52,816 bases of DNA from Toensbergia leucococca. Taxonomy: Eukaryota. The notes beneath the pieces are model-generated. The model was not told where the DNA came from. It ran no database searches and saw only the letters and a list, made by a program, of their open reading frames with translations. This document shows, in pieces, positions 12,705 to 25,634 of the stretch; the first letter of the stretch is position 1; every line of letters starts with the position of its first letter. Location of the stretch: positions 62,001-114,816 of the forward strand of contig JALDZS010000068.1 of NCBI GenBank assembly GCA_022813965.1, given 5' to 3'. Both the position numbers and the translations under genes were made by a program.

Positions 12705-14075
12705 CTAAAAATTCAAAGCCTCTGCTCGGTAGATCACGTCAGGATTTCTCAAATCATTCAAGTTTCTTACTACCTTCACCTCCGCTGCCTTCGTTCTCCT
12801 TAGATGCAGCCTCTTCGCACCGTCCTTCTCCTTCTCCAAGGTCCCCAAAGGCCCACCCATACCTTCTAAAATGCCGTCCATTGCTCTCTTCGTCTTTTCT
12901 AATACGGTTTGCATGCCTCCGAGCACCTTTTCCGCAGCCCTTGCAAGTGGCAAGTCAATTGCTTCTATTTCGTCGGGCGAGACCCATGACTTTGTCGTGC
13001 CAAGTCCGGCATCACTAATCGCCTCTCGAAGACGCACGACTGTTAGAGCAGCGAAAAGATCACCAGTGCCGCTGAAGAAGCAATCGATTGAAGGTACGTC
13101 GATCTTAAAGAGGCGGGGAGTGTAATCGGTACGTGCTGTAGAGCCGACAACGGAGATTGTGGCCGAGGAAGGATCCAAGTGGATGGAGGTGATAATAATG
13201 TGCGGAATACGATGGGTCTTGTGGAGCTTCGTTGTTGCTTCAATGAGAGTTGGAAGAGACGTGATCTTGGTCTCGGAAAGGAGTCTAATTTTCCCACGAC
13301 ATGAGCTTCCCACGCAATGTCGTGATAGAAAAGGACGAACAGGCATACTCGGCTTCAAATTGATTGGGCAGAATTAGATCAGCATCTCGTAAAAGGTTCT
13401 TGTATGCTGGAATGACGTCCTTGTTGACATAGATCTTTCCGTCGTCTCCCATCACGGGGTCAAGTACTGAAGCTTATTAATTGTCTTCCGAAACTCATAG
13501 ATGGGCCGTCTAACCCCAAAAAAAGGACCCAGGCTTCGTCGACGAGAGTAACTTGAGGTCTCTACCTATCACACCGACTGCTTCTACAGTCTCGGCGCTT
13601 GGCGCATAACCTGAGAGCATTATGTCAAAGTCCGTCAAGTAACTTTGCTTAAGCCCAGCATATATATCTTGAATTTCCTGCGCCGAAGCCTTAGTGCCTC
13701 TGAATTGATTGTAAGCAGTATGATTACCTGTCTCAACAAGGTTAAGGTGAGCAGCTTGCCAAACGTGCATCGGCGAGGTGTCAAGTGGAGAGGGAGGGAC
13801 GGCATACTGAAGTGCACCGTGTTCAGAGCAGCAACCTCGCAACCCAAGGACTGCATGACAAAGGCGGCCATGGTGTTACCGACATAACTGGAATGCGTCA
13901 GGTAAAGTCAAAACTCACTCGTAGCACTCGTAAAAGAGGTAGGACTCACCCATAAACAACCTGGTCAAAAGCTGTCAGCCATCTGTACATAGCAAGCATG
14001 ACGATGCAGTCCCGCCCCTACATGACTGGCAATAGCCAATACCCGCGTTTCGGGCACTGGAGGGTCAGTGGACAT
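12705..14075 (-). CDS. BUD16: Pyridoxal kinase (Bud16/PdxK family), 6 exons
   Basis: RVLAIASH|VVYG|YVGNT, LNTVHFSNHTAY, LSGYAPSAE, VLDPVMGDDGK, LPNQFEA and FSGTGDLFAAL (ribokinase-family GTGD). Includes an 11-nt exon at 13960-13950. Confidence 0.93.
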
Positions 14076-14397
14076 TATGAGGAGTTCAGCGAGATATATC
14101 AAGAGTATTTAGCAGGGAAGAAATTGGCATTAATCTTGCTGGTCACTTGGTCACTAAGGCGCTATCTTAATCTTATCGCATGTGTTTCATGACTTAGCCC
14201 CAGGGTCCAGTGGTGCAGGATCATGTAATCCAAAAGTTTGGGTGACAGTCGACGAGTTCTTCGTATCACAATTTCGTAAATATGAAGACCATTGGAATCG
14301 TTTGCTTATCCTGGACGCAGCCCCCATCCCCCTATCCATGCAGCAAATCAGTCAACTCAATACTAGGGCTATGTCTCCTCCACACAGAAATGTCTGA

Positions 14398-15399
14398 CTA
14401 CTCCTCGTCCCCAATCTACAGATTTGATCAGCAAGCCGGGCCAGGCATAGTTTCCTGATTAGGAAAATAGAATACCTTTGGTGCCAAATAAAATCGTAAA
14501 TAGCTGCTTCCCACCAAGCTGTACTCTACCAGAAGAGGTACTTCGTTTGACAAGCATAATTTGACTTGGGATGAAAGACCACTGGCTTTGCAAAAATTTT
14601 GCAGGTACTTAAGGGAGAAGGTGAGTGCAACAGGCTCTGACAGATCAATGTCAACGTTCAGTTCAGGCTTATCAACGTTGGTATGACTTCGAAGAGTGAC
14701 GGCTCCATTGCCGATGTCTCCAGAGCATGCAAACTTGACGCCTTCCTTCGTAGCTTCAATGGCAACTAAGTAGCTTTAGTATGGGAAGTAAAGTGCCGGA
14801 TTGTGATCTTTGGTACCAGACTCCGACAGCGCCAAAAGGTCTCTGCAGATCCTCTGAAATTCTGCTGATGGCATGGAGATTGTAGCTGCATATTCTGTCT
14901 CTGGAATACCCAAGTGCTCTTGATCAATGTCCATGAGTTTGATATCATACTCGCTCAGCCTATCGCTCTCGCTGCTCTCGAATACCAAGTTTACCACGTC
15001 TGGCGCATCTTCCGCCTTCAGAGTCAAGATATCCTCGTTCTGTGCGCAGCGGAGGACCTTGGTAAGAGACGTAAGGTTGATTCCAAGAGGGATGTTTCGG
15101 TCACAACGGAATGGCGAAAAGGCCTCGGCCTTTAGCATCATCGAGACCAACGCAACATGTGAGTTATCCATGGCTTGCAGTGCGATACCAGAGTCATTGC
15201 AGTCGAAGTTGCAGTCTTGCACGAGGTCCTTAATTGCTTCCACGACCTGTTCAAATCTGTCAGTCTAGAAGTAACGCACTTCGACGCCACATAATTGCCT
15301 TTTTTAGAAGATTAGCCTGCTCCAGACGTGCCTCAAGCACTGTGAACAGATAGATTAGTGTGTAGCAAAATAAATAAATCGTATAGATGAGCTCTTACT
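14398..15399 (-). CDS. POL30: PCNA sliding clamp, 5 coding exons
   Basis: The spliced protein starts [50 protein letters not shown] and ends YLAPKIGDEE*. The ATG is split A|TG by intron 15398-15340; intron 15298-15247 is GC-AG. Confidence 0.97.
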
Positions 15400-15458
15400 C
15401 GTGACTGTCTCGGAGGAACCTAGTGCTAGAGTGTTTTTGAAGTTCAACTAGAAGCTGC

Positions 15459-15588
15459 ACGCGTACAGTGTACAAGAATATGACGGAAAGCTATGAGGTC
15501 GAAGTTGGGCAGTAAATCGTTGGATGCTAAATACAAATCGCGTGTTCCAAATCGCGATAACGACACGGAAATATATTGATTCACGTGA
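15459..15588. promoter_or_regulatory. PCNA promoter elements: MCB box ACGCGT, two further CGCG cores and a TCACGTGA E-box
   Basis: ACGCGT at 15459-15464, TCGCGTG at 15538-15544, TCGCGAT at 15552-15558 and TCACGTGA at 15581-15588, all within 190 bp upstream of the PCNA start. Confidence 0.55.
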
Positions 15589-16008
15589 TCTGACTCTCCG
15601 AGCAGAACAACTTCCACCCCCCTAATTAACACAACTTTTCAATCCTCTCTCAGAACTTCAACATATTATTGTAAATGTCAATCATTGGCACTATGTGACT
15701 GAAACTATGAGATGTGTTTAAATCGTTCATTGTACATGGCAAAATGCCCTACACGGACTATTGCTCCAACATATGTACAAGTAGTAAGAGCTGCTCCCAA
15801 AGAACATCTGAACTTCTGACCTTGTCTTGTACAAAAAGTCTGTCCATATATACCTCCCTCTTCAGCTCCTTCCTCAAGATCGTCAAGATCGCCTATGTGT
15901 AAGGATATAGGGTATCTACAGTGACGCCATCCCGACACAGAATATAAGTACAAGCTCAAGCTCGAATGATTGCCGTAGGAGATGGCAGGTCGTAAAAATG
16001 CGATATCA

Positions 16009-18031
16009 TCAAACGTAGCTCATCTGCCCCGTCGTCCGTCCTCTGGGTCTCAGCTTGATAACCGTCTCCAACTCCCTAAGCATATGAGTGTTTTCTTCTG
16101 CCTTTCCCTTGGAAACCATTTGCTTAACTCGATCCTCTTTTATTTTCGCAATTCTCTCTTCCCTTGACAGAGTGCTTTTTGGACGGGCAGCAGCGACAGC
16201 TTCGAAAATCTCCTCGCCCGAGCTGCTGGTGCCTGTACTTGAGCGGGATCGGTTCGATCTTGCATCACCATGAGGAACTTTCATGGCATCACTGGGGCTG
16301 CCTCCGACAACCGTAAGACCCCCGAGACTTTGAGTGGGAGACCGCGGTGATGCATTGCCTGCAGAGGAGAGAGAAACACGGCGTTCGTTCTTGTCAATGT
16401 TGACGGCAAGCGCTGACTTGCCGTCCTCCCATTCTCGCATTAAATCTTTAAGGTCTGCGCCAATTGAGTCATATTGGAGCATAAGATTTCCCCCAAATTC
16501 CGAAATCTTGTCTGTCTCCTCGAGGGCGTTATCGGATTCCTCTCGGAGCAGGTGCATTTTGGCCTGGAGCCCGCGAATACCTTGTGATAAGGATCCCAGT
16601 TTCCTCATCTGGATTCTCATTCGCTCTCTACCTGGACTCAGAGGAGCCTTGGGAGTGGGGGGCAGCGTGAAGCCTTGAAACCTTTCAATTAGTCCTTCGC
16701 TACCCTTCGGACTGCTCTTTGACTCACGCTCTTCTTCGTCCAAGATCACATCAAGACTAATGGTTGACTCTGCAAATCTTAATGAAAGTTGCTTCATAGT
16801 CTGGATTGCAGCAGACCATCTGGGAAAGTCTGATTCCCCACCATCTGCATCCAGGGCGAGCAGACTACAGAAACAAGACTTTCTTATCATGTGTAACTTC
16901 TGGAAAGATATCTTGAGACCTTTGAGGTCTTCTGAGTTCACCATGTCAGTATCTTGGATGGTCATAAGGTCGCTAGCCTCCCCAGTATCAGTCCGACTAA
17001 TCTCATAGATGTCAAAGTACTTTTCCAAATCTGCTTTCACTGCAAGTAGCTTAAGGCCATCATATGCTTCAGCATGAGGTAAGACCATGGATGCAAGGGA
17101 GCTATGTAAGGTACGGCGCAAACGCGTGCATCTTCTTGTTTGGCTATGGTCTTCAAGGCGCGTAATTGGGGGAAGTGGATTACTTCTATATACACATCAG
17201 TGTTGTTTTCAGTGAAATCTTGAAAGACTACCTACAATTTGTAGCCTCGGGAAACTAATTCCACTTCCTGTATAAGGGTAATTGTAGCAGATACTGCTGC
17301 GTCAAAGCTTTGCGCATTCGTAACGAGAGACGAGGCGCTTTCCACGGCTTGGATACGAAGATAATGCAGCCACTGCCGTCTTAAGTACGCGTAAAGAGAA
17401 GTCCCCACAATGATAAAAATCAACATCACCAAACCTAACCTCCATCGACTAGAACGGGATTTGGTCATGTAACGTGCCCAATGTATTGTCCAGACAAGAG
17501 CAAAAGCCACTCCAATTGTTATTGAAACGCCTGACCAGCTAAAGGTCACATTGCCATCTTGAGTCGTCTCATGAAGCAAAGCGTTGGTAGGAGATAAAAG
17601 TTTCTGACGTTTATAGGATGTTGGGTTAAAATGATGGTTGAGGAGTTGCGAAGCAACGATGGTGTATCGAAATTGTTCTAGAAAATGGGTGTTTTCAGTC
17701 CGGCCGAGTCTAGAGTTGAGAAGGTATTGGCTCCATCCCGCACAAAAATCGTGGACGTGGGCCATAGAACCCTCTCTAGGTAGGCTGACCAGATTGAGAG
17801 AAGGCGGCAGTTTTCTTCGGGATTTGGGTGGTGGTTTAGGAATGCCCCGAGGTGCGAAAGAGATGGCCTTGGGCGATGGTGGCTGAAAGGAAATGGTCGT
17901 CGTAGCCCACTCATTCTCACCAAAACCCTCTCCTGTTTGGGACATCAGCATGTACTCGAAGGCAGGAAGTGTTGTGAATTACCTTCTAGGAACTCTGCAA
18001 GAGGTGAATCCTGGAAGATGACAGATTCCAT
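16009..18031 (-). CDS. vezA: Vezatin-like (VezA / myosin-binding motif) membrane protein, 4 exons
   Basis: Start MESVIFQDSPLAEFLE|G; LNSRLGRTENTHFLEQFRYTIVASQLL; two hydrophobic segments; LIQEVELVSRGY; C-terminal coiled coil LSQGIRGLQAKMHLLREES and MLRELETVIKLRPRGR. Confidence 0.8.
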
Positions 18032-19035
18032 ATTGTAAGCGTGACATGCTTCGTCGTTGGCGTCAAGGTCTTCTAGTCTTCCACGACCGGCGATATTCTA
18101 ATTGCAATTCTGGCTGGTGTAGAATCGGCTGATGATGGCTTCAGGTCATGAGGTGTCGCGAACTTGGATGGAACATGTTTCAGTAACTGCAGTTGCGACG
18201 TGATCGCCAAGCCTTTTCTTAAATTAGAATCTTCTAATTTCTGGAACGCAATTTTAGCAAAAGTCGGGAACATGGCGTCATCGGCCGTTCCACATCCGTT
18301 TGGGAACCATGGCACGCATGGATCCAACAGTTGTAGCTCTTCTTCATTCATTCCCTGATTCCATGCAATACTCCATGGCTGTGAACGAAGAAACGTGAAG
18401 CCTAATGCCTTCAACGTCTCCCCTCCTTGATAGCGTGTCAAGATACGAGTACAAGCTTCATTTGGAGAGACATCACATCATCAAGCCGGCGAGTCCCGAG
18501 AGAGAGAGACGGCACGTCAATACGGATACTAGTCAATAAACAGGCCTCACGTATCTGTGGTTAGCACACATAACCTGGACGATGTTCCGAATGAGACTGG
18601 TGAATGGGAGACGATAGTGTTAATTAAATGCCAGATGTACTCCGTAGTTGAAGCGCATATGCGAATGGCCACAGGTAGCAATTAAGAAATCAGTATGTTC
18701 GATCGATCAGCAAGGTTGGTGTGCTTTGGGGAATTTGAGAAGTACTCCGTATGAGTTCGAGTACGAGCACCGGATCCCAATCGAGGGAATGAATGGTGAG
18801 AAATGCGTAGCAGTAGCATTGAACAAACAGCCGAAACATTATCATCTCGGCTGACTGCATGTGCAAACCCTCGGTGTACGATAGAAACGGATATCTTTCA
18901 TCTCCCTGTACGGAATATATGTACTTATGTGAACCTATTCACTGCATGAAGATCTTTGTTTATTAAATAATTCTTCCAGCATTCCCTCCCATTCTCGTCA
19001 ATTATCAGGGAGAAACCAGCAAGATTCTGGCTATC

Positions 19036-19422
19036 ATGACTGACGAAGGGGAGCTTACGATTCACCCAGTGGTTTCAGAAAGCGTCCAGCATAACGCACG
19101 CGTACGAGTCTTTATCAGCGCCCAATGGCTACTCTACTGCTGACGCTTGCAAACCCAGATCATATCTAATATCCGCTCTTTAACGGCCTCTCTCTTCGGT
19201 GTAGCATCCGGCATCCTGGGTCTCGAGTCCTACGCCGGTTTCCTCTTCTACCTGCTCGGCACTCTGCTCGTCAGCACATTGATATTCTTTGCCCTCGCCG
19301 AGGCGAAACCATCTAGATACTTCAGGTCGCAGGTGGCAGATCTGTGGGCAGCAGATGTCTTTGGAGGATTGAGTAGTTTCGTCCTTACGTGGACCTTGTT
19401 TTACGGGTTGGTAAGGGCCTGA
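19036..19422 (+). CDS. EMC6: ER membrane complex subunit 6 (Rab5-interacting family), 2 exons
   Basis: IHPVVSESVQHNAR|IISNIRSLTASLFGVASGILGLES..GLSSFVLTWTLFYGLV; intron 19102-19158. Confidence 0.92.
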
Positions 19423-19983
19423 TAGATTTTGCGAAATGACAAGATCTTGAGCAGTGAGGGCCTAAGAAGTAGGAATCTCCTGACTGGGAAGAACTTGAGA
19501 GAGGAAAGATCGGGATCATTCTTCCTGGATAAGGGGCGTTCCTCAAAGCACTCAATGCGGGAAAGAGAAGTTGTTAATTATCAAGGTCGGATACATCGGA
19601 GAAGAGCTAGGATTGCCGGCGACCTGTAGAGAATTCAAAACTACCTCCTCGATGGAATCCCAGTCAGAAGTCCAAAGTCTAGGGCACTGCTTGATTTGAG
19701 ATCCATGTGTGGCAATACCAAATGTTCTCTTGATGTCCACTTTGAGTCTGAAGTCGCCGCTGCCAGCGACTGATTATGGCTATGCTTTGCCCTACCGCAA
19801 AAGAAACATAGCAGTGAGATACGGGAACAATTTCTCCCATGAATAGATATAGATAATTCTTAATTTACAAGGCTATCACACATTAAACCGATTTTTCTTC
19901 CCATCGCCCAATCTACTCAATGAGGGGTTCATCCAAGGCTCAATATTTTGGCGGAATGGGCAAGCTAATCGAGTCACCTTCAA

Positions 19984-22900
19984 TTAAGCTACATCGATAA
20001 ATGCTCTCTTCTTCCTCCCCTTGTCAAGCTTCTCTTCTTCTGCCCATAGTGCCTCGTCCACGTAATCCTTCGTACCCTTATCCCGAATCTGATTTCCAAT
20101 GAACTTTAAAGCCGCGAGATTGAAGCCCATCTCATCTTTTTGTCTTTGCAGAGCCCGTCGCAGATTGTGCCGAATTCCATCTAACATGGGCCTCAATGTT
20201 TTACTGGCCACGATTTGACGATGGTGAGTCTTCAGTAAGAAGAACAGTATCCTGCACGTCAAAGGCATGTTCCATTGTCTCTCTGCCCATAGTCGTAGGA
20301 ATGAGAAGAAAATGGCAACTTTCTCAAAGGGTAGAACGAGTAGCGCGTCTTGCAGGAAGGCAGCTTTGACTTTTTGCACTACGTTCAGAACATGACCTTC
20401 GGCGGAGATATTATCATAAGCCATGAAGATTGCATCACGAGCAGGGGGTGCCGTCTTTGGTTGCATCAAATGGGCCCTAGTCCATTCTTCCACAATTTCC
20501 ATATCCAGGATGCCAATTTCCAACGCTTCTGAGATTTTTTCTCCGGCCATCAAGGTGTCAATCGTCTGTTTACCCGCAGGAGCTACTTCGCTCTTGTCCT
20601 CACCAGTCTCGTTGTCTTGCTCTAAAGTTGCAGTTAGAGTATTCTCGTACAGCTCCTCCAATTCCTTTTCCCGCTCCTCCTCAAGGAAGATTTGTTCATC
20701 TTTTTGCAGCCAGACTCGAATACTTTTGTCATGACTTGCACTGACCAAGAAGTCACCTGTTCGACTCACCGCTAGTGCCCATATCTCTCCATGGTGACCT
20801 TGCAGCTTCTGAATTTGCTCAAATTTGTCACCATCCCAGTATTTTATTAGGCGGTCCTTGCTTGCACTGAAAAAGTGATGACCATTGCCGTCTTGATTAT
20901 GTGGAACAAAGGCCACTTGCATGATGCTGTCTTGGTGGGCAAAGAAGGCTTTATGGCAGTCTCCAAAATCCAGGCCCCAAAGGCGTATATTTTTGTCCGC
21001 AGAGCAGGTAACGATAAGCTTACTATCGTAGGAGATGTCTAGGTTCAATACAGGCAGCTTGTGTCCGTACAGATTAAGAAAGAGCCTCAGGGAGTCGACG
21101 AAAAACACCTTGACGGTGTTGTCCAGGAGTGAGACTGCAATGAGTCGAGAATCAGGGGAGAAGCGAAGACTAAGGATATCGTCAGTGACCTTTAGAGTCC
21201 GGTTGTGCACAAGCTTGAAACGGGATGTCGTGCGTTTACTGCCCGGTATTTCTTCCTGGACAACCTCGAAGCTGAAAAATTTGGCACATTTATCTGCACT
21301 GCCGGTGGCTATAGACTTGCCGTTTGGATGAACGTGCAAAGTCCATATTGGCCCTTCGTGAGCTTTCACGGTCTCTATCAGACTAGAGGAAGCAATGTCG
21401 AATAATTCCAGCTCTCCGTTTCTATTGCCGACAACAACAAGCTTGTCACCTGGTAAGAAACATGCGCAGAGTGCATATCCACATTCTAACGTCCGAATAC
21501 AGCTCTGTGTCCGAATATTCCATACCTTCAAGCTGCCATTGGACGCAGATGCGAGCATTCTATCGTCAGAACTCAGAGCCAAAGCACGGACGTCTGTCCG
21601 GTGGCCTGGCATATCCACTGATGCCATAAGATTGTATTCCGGCGGCTCAGATTCCGATTTTGTCTCTTTTTTTTTGATTGGTATGCTGTAAATCTCCAAC
21701 TGATTGTTCGCAGTAGCTGTCAGAAGTTGGAGGTTTTTGCTTGCTCTGCCGGCGCCCCAGTCTATCGAACGGACTTTTCCTCCTGTTCGTACTGTGACAC
21801 ATGGGATAATTACCTCTGTGATATGCGCCGACGAGATATTTTCATTTCCGCCGTTTCCATCTGGTGGATGACCAACAGATTTGTCATCCTCAGCTGCCAT
21901 TGCCAAGATTTTCTCTCGCCGTCTTTTCCTCTTCCTGGCTAAGGCTTTCTGAACCTCGTTCTCAGACCGAATCCTCCAAAGCTCCACGGCCTTCTCGGAG
22001 CCATGGGCGGCGATGTAGCCACCATGGGGATGAAATTTAATGCCCAGAGTCTTGTCTCTGCCTTGCCGATATAGCGTTCCTCGAGTCTGTAGATATTTTC
22101 TCTCAGAGCCTCGGACAATCTGGGCGGTAGCTTCCCTCAACCCTTGTAAATCAATTGACCAGACCGTTAATTCGCCATCATTTCCTGCAGTGACACAGCC
22201 AGCTCCATCAGGAGACAGCCCCATTGACCAGCACTCGCCGTTTGTTTGAGCTACATGAGTCTCTATGCAATGTTGAGTTCCCAAATCCCAAATCTTGATC
22301 AGTGCATCCTTGCTTGTCGTAAGGAGAAAGCCCATGTGATGGTAATCTAAACTGCTCTTCATATCGTCATCGGTGCTATTTACATCGTTGGTAGCCATGC
22401 TAATTTCATTGGCACGAGGTTGTAGGAATTGAATATCTGTGATCAGATCCTTATGGCCGCGTAGCCTGAAAAGTCCGACTTCTGCAACCAGATCCCAAAT
22501 GATTATATCTGTATCTTTTGCACCACTGGCAACTCTGACCCCAGATTCGTCAAAGACCAGCGCAGTAATTGCCGACCGGTGCCCATTGAAATTCATTACT
22601 ATAGTAGCTGTCCGGGAGTCCCAAATCCTGATGCTACCATCTCCATACCTATAACAAGCTTATTAGTACTAAGTAGTAGCTCCAAGTCCCTTGAAAACTT
22701 ATTACCCAACGGCGCAAATGTCCGGGTCCGCTTGACTGCGAGTAATGGTCGTAACCTCGGCGCTGCAATCGCCATCCCTCCAGCGACCGAGTAGCTCCCC
22801 TTTTTTCACATCCCAGCAAAGCACTTCCTCATCAGCGCCGACAATAGCTCTTCCTGTCCCTGAAGAGCGAAGGGGACCATTCGGTCCTGTTTCGTCAAGG

Positions 22901-23034
22901 GTCCAAACAGCGTTGGACGAAGCCGAAGTTATGAGTCCAAAGGTCCTAGAATGCTCATACTTCCTATGTTTATCAGCTCATGAGGTTGAATAAGACAATT
23001 TGGGAAGACATACTTACAAATATGACTTTACCAT
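19984..23034 (-). CDS. DIP2: WD40-repeat SSU processome protein Dip2/Utp12, 3 exons
   Basis: Start MVKSYL; many WD repeats; GHRTDVRALALSSDDRMLASAS; LFLNLYGHKLPVL; EQIFLEEEREKELEELYE; Utp12-like C-terminal helical domain. Confidence 0.94.
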
Positions 23035-23234
23035 TTTAGCACGAATGGGGTGCGTTTGTGTGGACGTTTTCACTTTGCGCCTCAGCCCACCATTCTACTA
23101 GCGTCAGCCCTACTCCGTATTCTAGCGTATGCGCTGCTCGTACCCCGGAACATGGAGCTGGTCTTAAAAAACATTCAACGCTGACCTGACTTGGCTTTGG
23201 CAGAACCATGAATTAGGCCGGCAACACAAACACT

Positions 23235-24520
23235 ATGCTCCTCCTAGATTATCAGAATGTGCTGATTCAATCACTCCTCACCGAGCGTTTCTCAGGGTGC
23301 ATTTCTCAGGTTCCTCCTTCATGAACCCTGCTAATAATTCACATAGGGCTCCGCCTGTGTCAGTCGATCAAGTGGTTTCCGATTTTGACGGTGTTACCTT
23401 TCATCTGTCGACTCCCGAACCGAGATCCAAGTCCAAGATTCTTATCTCTATCTCTGTGAAATGTTACAATGAACTTGTAAAATATGGCGCACAGCAGGTG
23501 CTCGAAAGAGAATATGGCCCATATATTGTTGCACCCGAAGCTGGCTATGACTTCTCCGTCATGATAGACTTAGAAGATCTACCCCAAGATCAAGGCAAGT
23601 CTAGTCACGTCAAAGATTATGACCAATATTAATATCGAGAATTGCAGAGTTACGGGAGGATCTTATAAGTCGATTGTCATTGTTGAAGCGTAATGCCATG
23701 GCCGCACCCTTCGAGCGGGCTTTTGACGACTTCGCGAAAATGCAAGAGGAAGCCTCCAAGTTCACTCGGGAATCTGCACCCGAAGGGGTGCGAGAAGGTG
23801 GAGAAGTCATGGCTATTCATTACAGAGACGAGGAAGCCATATATATAAAAGCTAGTCACGATAGGGTGACCGTCATTTTCAGTACTATTTTTAGAGAAGA
23901 AACGGATCGGGTGTTTGGGAAGATATTTCTACAGGTAAGTACAATATCAAAGACTTTCGCTATGGAAGTGTTTAACAATTTCAAATGGAGGAATTCGTGG
24001 ACGCACGAAGGAGGGCGATACAAAATGCTCCCCAAGTCTTATTTCGCAACGAGCCCCCTCTTGAGCTCCAAAATGTACCTGGACTAGCAGATGGGAGCAC
24101 TGGCGAGGTTGGTTATGTGACATTTGGTGAGTAGCCTAATATCAAATCTGGGGTACTTTAGTTAATATAGAGTGGTCCTCTTCCCTCGACACCTCACACC
24201 ACAACGGCGACAAGAGAGTATCTCTCATATCCAGACATTCCGAGATTATTTTCATTATCATATCAAAGCTTCAAAGGTAGACGATACCACATAATCCATA
24301 TTAGTGAGGGTGAGATTTACTGATTTGTGTTAAACGATTAGGCATACATCCACTCAAGAATGCGGCGGCGGACTGCCGACTTCCTTCAAGGTAAGTCATA
24401 TTGTGCTACTTTTCGCAAAGTAGAACGCTGATTGCATCAGTCCTCAACAGAGCCAGGCCTGAAAACGAGGAGAAGGAGAGAAAGACTGCTAGCGGAAGAA
24501 CATTTAGGGTTCAGGGGTAG
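23235..24520 (+). CDS. ARC35: Arp2/3 complex 34-kDa subunit (ARPC2), 7 exons
   Basis: [99 protein letters not shown] and [12 protein letters not shown]. Confidence 0.95.
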
Positions 24521-24799
24521 TCTGTGTCGTGTAGCTCACCGCCCGCCCACGAGCTTCTATTCCTAGGGTTTCTTTCCGATTCGCGAGTCTGAACTCTTCC
24601 AATCGAGGAATATGTAATATGTGCAAAATGCTGTATCGAGGTGATAATCTGAAACCCCCTCCCTGCCTGCCCATCTTTGACGTAGTGAAAGTCCTCGCCT
24701 GCCGTAGAATACTGCATGTAGATTAAGCATGAGGCTTGAAGTTTTTAATTTGTCAACAGTCACCCAATTGCTGCGAAGGTCCCTTGACCCTGGCTGACT

Positions 24800-25634
24800 A
24801 TGCGATGGCCGCCATGGTCTTCAGAATGCTCGAAAGACCGAGATGGCAAAGGTCGATCTGTAACATGGACAGATACCCTGAATGCAACTGACTGGACCCA
24901 CTACACGGATCCGCGAACCATCGTACCTACTGTCATCCTGACAGGAACTGCTCTCCTCTCCGTCCGCTTTTATCGCACATACCTGCGACGCATTCCTCAA
25001 GCCGTGAGTATACAGCCAGGCTTTTGGAGACGGCGGAGCCTATTTGGTACAGTCACAAGTGTTGGTGACGGAGACAATTTTAGGCTATTTCACACCCCTT
25101 GGGGCCGAATGGCGGGCTGGGGATGGATGCCTGGCAGGAGAATACCCAACAAAAGGGAGGATCTCAAGGATAAAACCGTATCTCAACCTCCCCCCTACTT
25201 AATGATTGATGCTAAAACCTATTCTACATATGTAGATCCACATACGTCTCGCGGGCGTGGACGCGCCTGAACTTGCCCATTTCGGCCGACCCCCTCAGCC
25301 TTTTTCGAAAGAGGCCCTTTCATGGCTTACATCCTACCTGTTGCATCGGCGCGTACGTGCCTACGTTTACAAGCGGGACCAATACGATAGAGCCGTAGCG
25401 ACGGTGTATGTGCGGAGATGGTTCCTAAGAAAAGACGTTGGCTTGCAAATGCTGAAAATGGGCTTGGCGACTGTATACGAAGCGAAGCAAGGCGCAGAGT
25501 TTGGAGAGTTGGAAGACAGATACCGGAAAGCAGAGTGGCGGGCAAAGACAAAAAGAAAGGGGATGTGGGCGGGAAAGAAGAAGGATTTCGAGAGTCCGAG
25601 AGATTACAAGACCAGGATAAGTCAAGGTACATAG
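24800..25634 (+). CDS. LCL3: Staphylococcal-nuclease (thermonuclease)-family endonuclease Lcl3, 2 exons
   Basis: N-terminal hydrophobic segment; [54 protein letters not shown]. Intron 25178-25235. Confidence 0.92.
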
